Shown here: piece after piece, positions 60,711 through 64,000 of the stretch | Layout of the letters: each line of letters begins with the position of its first letter | Numbering within the stretch: position 1 is the first letter of the stretch | Source: Trueperaceae bacterium | GTDB lineage: Bacteria; Deinococcota; Deinococci; Deinococcales; Trueperaceae | Direction: 5' to 3' | Length of the DNA: 64,000 bases | NCBI GenBank assembly: GCA_965214405.1 | Contig: OZ243956.1 | Span: 4,064,001 to 4,128,000 of the forward strand | Notes under the pieces: model-generated | Databases searched by the model: none | What the model was told of the DNA's origin: nothing | Seen by the model: only the letters and a program-made list of their open reading frames with translations | Made by a program: the position numbers and the translations under genes

Positions 60711-61136
60711 CTAACGCGAATCTAGGTGTCCGAAAGGCGGGTAAACCTTGTCTTCTACCGAGGGCGCGCGGATCATCAGCGTCTCGACCGGCGTCCCGAC
60801 CTCGAGAAGGGCGTGATGCACCCCGACGGGAAAGCAGCAAAACTCACCCGCGCGGATTGTATGCCGTTCGCCCGATACCCCCACGGTGAGGCTTCCCTGG
60901 AGCGCGGTGAAACACGCGCCGCTCTCCCTATGCGCGTGGAGGCCGTCGTCTTGCTGGAGCTCGTCCGTGTGGTTGTACCAAATTTGCAGCCGCGCGCCTC
61001 GGAAGCCCGTTTCGTTTCTCGGGGCGCGGCCCATGAGCAAGATGGAGTGGTCGGGGAGTTTTTGTGGCGAAAAGTAGACGTGAGGGAGTGCTGTGTCTCC
61101 TACCAGTGTTAAAGCTCCAGGCTCGGTCAGACCCAA
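60711..61136 (-). CDS. Cupin domain protein (start uncertain)
   Basis: HAH and GE...FPVGVHH cupin motifs. Confidence 0.6.
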   Translation of the reverse strand: MGLTEPGALTLVGDTALPHVYFSPQKLPDHSILLMGRAPRNETGFRGARLQIWYNHTDELQQDDGLHAHRESGACFTALQGSLTVGVSGERHTIRAGEFCCFPVGVHHALLEVGTPVETLMIRAPSVEDKVYPPFGHLDSR

Positions 61137-61466
61137 CCTCTTAAGCTCTTCGTCAGCAGGGGCTCCCCCCCTTGGAGAGGAGGTACAACGCCCGCAGCAT
61201 CAACGCTACCCGTTCGGATGGGCGCTTTACCCTCTAAACCTTGAAAAGAAAGGAGTTCACCCCGTTTATGTGGTAGAATCCGCTTGCAGACCCAGACTTT
61301 GTTAAATTTATGCAGAATCCGCGGTGCAACGGGGGCTTACACAGCCGGAAACATGCAAGAAGGGAGTGTCGAGCCCGCGCGGTAGACCGTTTGAACGCTT
61401 CTCAGGCAGTGTTTTAGAAGGCGTCGTCCTTACATTTTATCCCCTTCTCTTGCGCTGACAAGAAAG

Positions 61467-62837
61467 GTGATCATGATGTTTGTAAAGCAAGCTAAGTCAA
61501 CCCGGACGCCTGTCCTGCTCCCCATCACGCTGCTCGTCACGCTACTCGTTCTTGCCGGTTGCAACACGCAGTCCGTCACGCAGCCGCCCGCGGCCACCGG
61601 GTTCGAGTTTCACGTCGATCCTCAAGCCGGGGTCGTGACGCTTCTGGAGCCGGGTGTTGGTGAAGTGCGGCTTCAGCCGCAAAGCAGCCCCAGTGACAGC
61701 CGCATCCTGACCCCCGACGTGGACGCCGCGCTCAGAAACGTCGGATTTCAGTTTGTGTCGCCCACAAAACTCGTGGTCCGCGCTCAGGTAGAAAATATCA
61801 CCGCCGACTTAAGCTTCGCGCAGCCGTTTTTCTTTACCCTCAACTCGGCCTCCAGCAACGTGGTGAGCGCGTCCGCCCCCTTAGTCACCGACCAACAGCT
61901 CGGCGGCGACGGGGTGCTGAGCCCAGCCGAGAAGAGCGCCCGCTTTCGCTTCGAGGTGACCTTCAGGGAGAACAAGCCTTTCACTTTCCGTGTAGACGTC
62001 AGCGCCGTGGTCTCGAGTACAACCTGCGCCGACCCGGTTGTTTTCCCCGACTCTGATTTAGAGGAGGCCGTCCGAGACGCGCTCAACAAGCCCGAACTCA
62101 GCGGCAACATCACCTGCGCGGATATGCAATCGCTACGCGAACTCAACGCGAGGAACCGCTCGGTTGACGACCTCGAGGGGTTGCAAAACGCGGTGAACTT
62201 GACCTCTCTTAACCTTGCGGTCAACGGTATCAGCGACCTTACGCCGCTCCAGGGTCTGACCACCCTGACGGAGCTTAATCTTTTCGCCAACGACCTCGTC
62301 AGCGACCTTACGCCGCTCCAGGGTCTCACCAACCTGACGACGCTTGTGCTTGCTCTCACTGACGTGGACGACCTTACGCCGCTCCAGGGTCTCACCAACC
62401 TGGAAGTCCTTGGGCTCGCCAACAACCGCATCAGCGACCTTACGCCCCTCCAAAACCTTACCAACCTGACGTTTCTCGACCTTTTCGAAAACCGCGTGGG
62501 CGACCTTACACCCCTCCAGGGCCTTGTCAACTTGACGTCCCTTGACCTCCGAAACAACAACGTCAGCGACCTTACGCCGCTCCAGGGTCTCACCAACCTG
62601 ACGTTCCTTGAGCTTGGGGGCAATAGCATTAACGATCTTACGCCCCTTCAGGGTCTTGTCAACCTGACCACGCTTGTCCTTGACAACAACAACATCAGCG
62701 ACATCAGCGCCTTGGTCAATAACAGCGGCCTGGGCAGTGGCGATACTGTAAACCTTAAACTAAACCCGCTCATCAGTCGTCAGGCACTGGCTGACGTCCA
62801 GACTTTGAGAGCGAGGGGGGTCATGGTAGATTTTTAG
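61467..62837 (+). CDS. Internalin-like leucine-rich-repeat lipoprotein
   Basis: LAGC lipobox, FPD..LE.AVR cap, about 9 22-aa repeats LTPLQGLTNLTxLxLxxNxISD. Confidence 0.9.
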   Translation: MIMMFVKQAKSTRTPVLLPITLLVTLLVLAGCNTQSVTQPPAATGFEFHVDPQAGVVTLLEPGVGEVRLQPQSSPSDSRILTPDVDAALRNVGFQFVSPTKLVVRAQVENITADLSFAQPFFFTLNSASSNVVSASAPLVTDQQLGGDGVLSPAEKSARFRFEVTFRENKPFTFRVDVSAVVSSTTCADPVVFPDSDLEEAVRDALNKPELSGNITCADMQSLRELNARNRSVDDLEGLQNAVNLTSLNLAVNGISDLTPLQGLTTLTELNLFANDLVSDLTPLQGLTNLTTLVLALTDVDDLTPLQGLTNLEVLGLANNRISDLTPLQNLTNLTFLDLFENRVGDLTPLQGLVNLTSLDLRNNNVSDLTPLQGLTNLTFLELGGNSINDLTPLQGLVNLTTLVLDNNNISDISALVNNSGLGSGDTVNLKLNPLISRQALADVQTLRARGVMVDF

Positions 62838-62867
62838 AGCCTTTGACGCCTTGACGAGAGACCGAAG

Positions 62868-62897
62868 TGTTCGGTCAAGTGTTATCTTGACCGAACA
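62868..62897. terminator. Hairpin between convergent genes
   Basis: TGTTCGGTCAAG-TGTTAT-CTTGACCGAACA. Confidence 0.7.
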
Positions 62898-62932
62898 TTT
62901 ACCTTTTCACCACCTCGAATCCTCGAGCCCCC

Positions 62933-64000
62933 CTACAGCCCCGTCTCCGCGATGACGTTCACGTCGGTGCCGGGGCGTAAGTCAGGCGGCACGGGATACA
63001 CGACTTGCGCGCCCCTTTCGGGTCCGCTCACGACGACCTGGTCCCCCGCTTCGCCCAGGACCTGCACCGCGAGGCGCGCGGCCCTGCCGTCCTCGACGAC
63101 AAAAACGCTCTTCCCCTCGGCGCTCGTTTGCACCGCGCCCGAGGGCAGGGTGACGCCGGTCGCCAGCTCGAGCGTATAGTCGAGCCGCGTCACCGTGCCG
63201 GTGGGGATGGGCGCTGAGGCCCCAAGTTGAGCGGTCAGCTCGACCAGGCGCGACCCCTCCGAGGCGCTGCTGCGAATGATGGCAGCCTCGTACGCCTCAC
63301 CGCCGTACGACAGGGTGACGCTGCCCTGACCCAAGAGATAGGCCGCGTCCTCGGGGGGCACGCTGAAACGCGCGAGGGGGGCCTCGGTGCTCGCCAGCCT
63401 AAAGGTGGGCGAGCCCGCGCCGACGAATTCGCCCTCCTCGACCAGCATCTCGGCGACCTCTCCGGCAAAAGGCGCTCTGACGGTCGCGTCGGCGAGCGCC
63501 TGCTCGGCCCCCGCGCGCCCGGTCTCGGCCTGCTGGATTTGCAGGCGCAGGAGCGCTAGGTCCTCGCCTTCGGCGCGCCCGCTCTGCGACACCGCGTTTT
63601 GGGCTTGTCCGTAGGCGGCGTTTGCGTTCTCGAGCGCCGCCCCCAACTTGTCCAGGTCGTTTTGCGAGAGCCCGCCCGCCCCAAAAAGCGCCTCACCCTC
63701 CTCGAGTTGTGTTTGGGCGAGCCGGAGGTTGATTTCGGCGGTGCGGAGTCGGGCGTTCGCCTGGTCCTGACTCTCAGGGATCGCGTTCTGCGCCTTTTGC
63801 AGAGCCACGCGTGCGCTCTCGACCGCGACGCGGGCGTTGTCGAGTTGCAAGTTTAGGTGAGCGGCGTCGAGCACGATCACGGGCTCGCCCGCCTCGACGC
63901 GCGCGCCCTCGCGCTTGAGAATCCCGGCCACCTGCCCCGGCGTCTTGGCGGCGACGCGGCTCTCCTGGGCGGGTTCTACCGTGACCGAGGCGCTGCGCGT
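62933..64000 (-). CDS. RND efflux periplasmic adaptor subunit (5' partial)
   Basis: Frame open to the window end; lipoyl-like halves (G.RV.AGE, VRAPFAG.V..GEFV) around a coiled-coil hairpin. Confidence 0.88.
   Translation of the reverse strand, partial: TRSASVTVEPAQESRVAAKTPGQVAGILKREGARVEAGEPVIVLDAAHLNLQLDNARVAVESARVALQKAQNAIPESQDQANARLRTAEINLRLAQTQLEEGEALFGAGGLSQNDLDKLGAALENANAAYGQAQNAVSQSGRAEGEDLALLRLQIQQAETGRAGAEQALADATVRAPFAGEVAEMLVEEGEFVGAGSPTFRLASTEAPLARFSVPPEDAAYLLGQGSVTLSYGGEAYEAAIIRSSASEGSRLVELTAQLGASAPIPTGTVTRLDYTLELATGVTLPSGAVQTSAEGKSVFVVEDGRAARLAVQVLGEAGDQVVVSGPERGAQVVYPVPPDLRPGTDVNVIAETGL

Noticed and set aside
61467..62837. Diversity-generating retroelement target
   Set aside because: No reverse transcriptase or template repeat; variation is not adenine-specific.

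Overview
A GC-rich bacterial chromosomal segment, probably Deinococcota (Trueperaceae-like). That assignment is inferred from a DUF11/beta-barrel surface protein, leaderless TANNNT-N6-ATG promoters and CTCGAG enrichment. Most of the window (about 7-56 kb) is a carbohydrate/organic-acid catabolic island with five ABC importers, four regulators (2 AraC, GntR, LacI), an L-rhamnose locus and many uncharacterised enzymes. The best candidate for an undescribed system is the AraC-linked operon at 7411-16786. It encodes a sugar ABC importer, a PhyH-type Fe/2OG dioxygenase, a tandem ferritin-like diiron protein, a PanB paralogue lacking the canonical Mg ligands, and a Gfo/Idh/MocA + ThuA pair; a parallel AraC-PhyH-ABC module lies next door. 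A LacI-linked sugar ABC operon carrying an ADP-ribosylglycohydrolase-fold enzyme is a second candidate. Three complete IS elements have inverted repeats and target duplications: two ISKra4/ISLre2-like elements share a +1 slippery site, and one of them inactivates an alpha-hydroxy-acid oxidase gene. Non-coding signals include a structured RNA candidate (56225-56460), an 11-bp phased array, REP-like palindromes, recurrent 12-15 bp tandem duplications and a possible ATC start codon. No rRNA, tRNA or CRISPR array was seen. All family assignments are by motif recognition; no database search was run.
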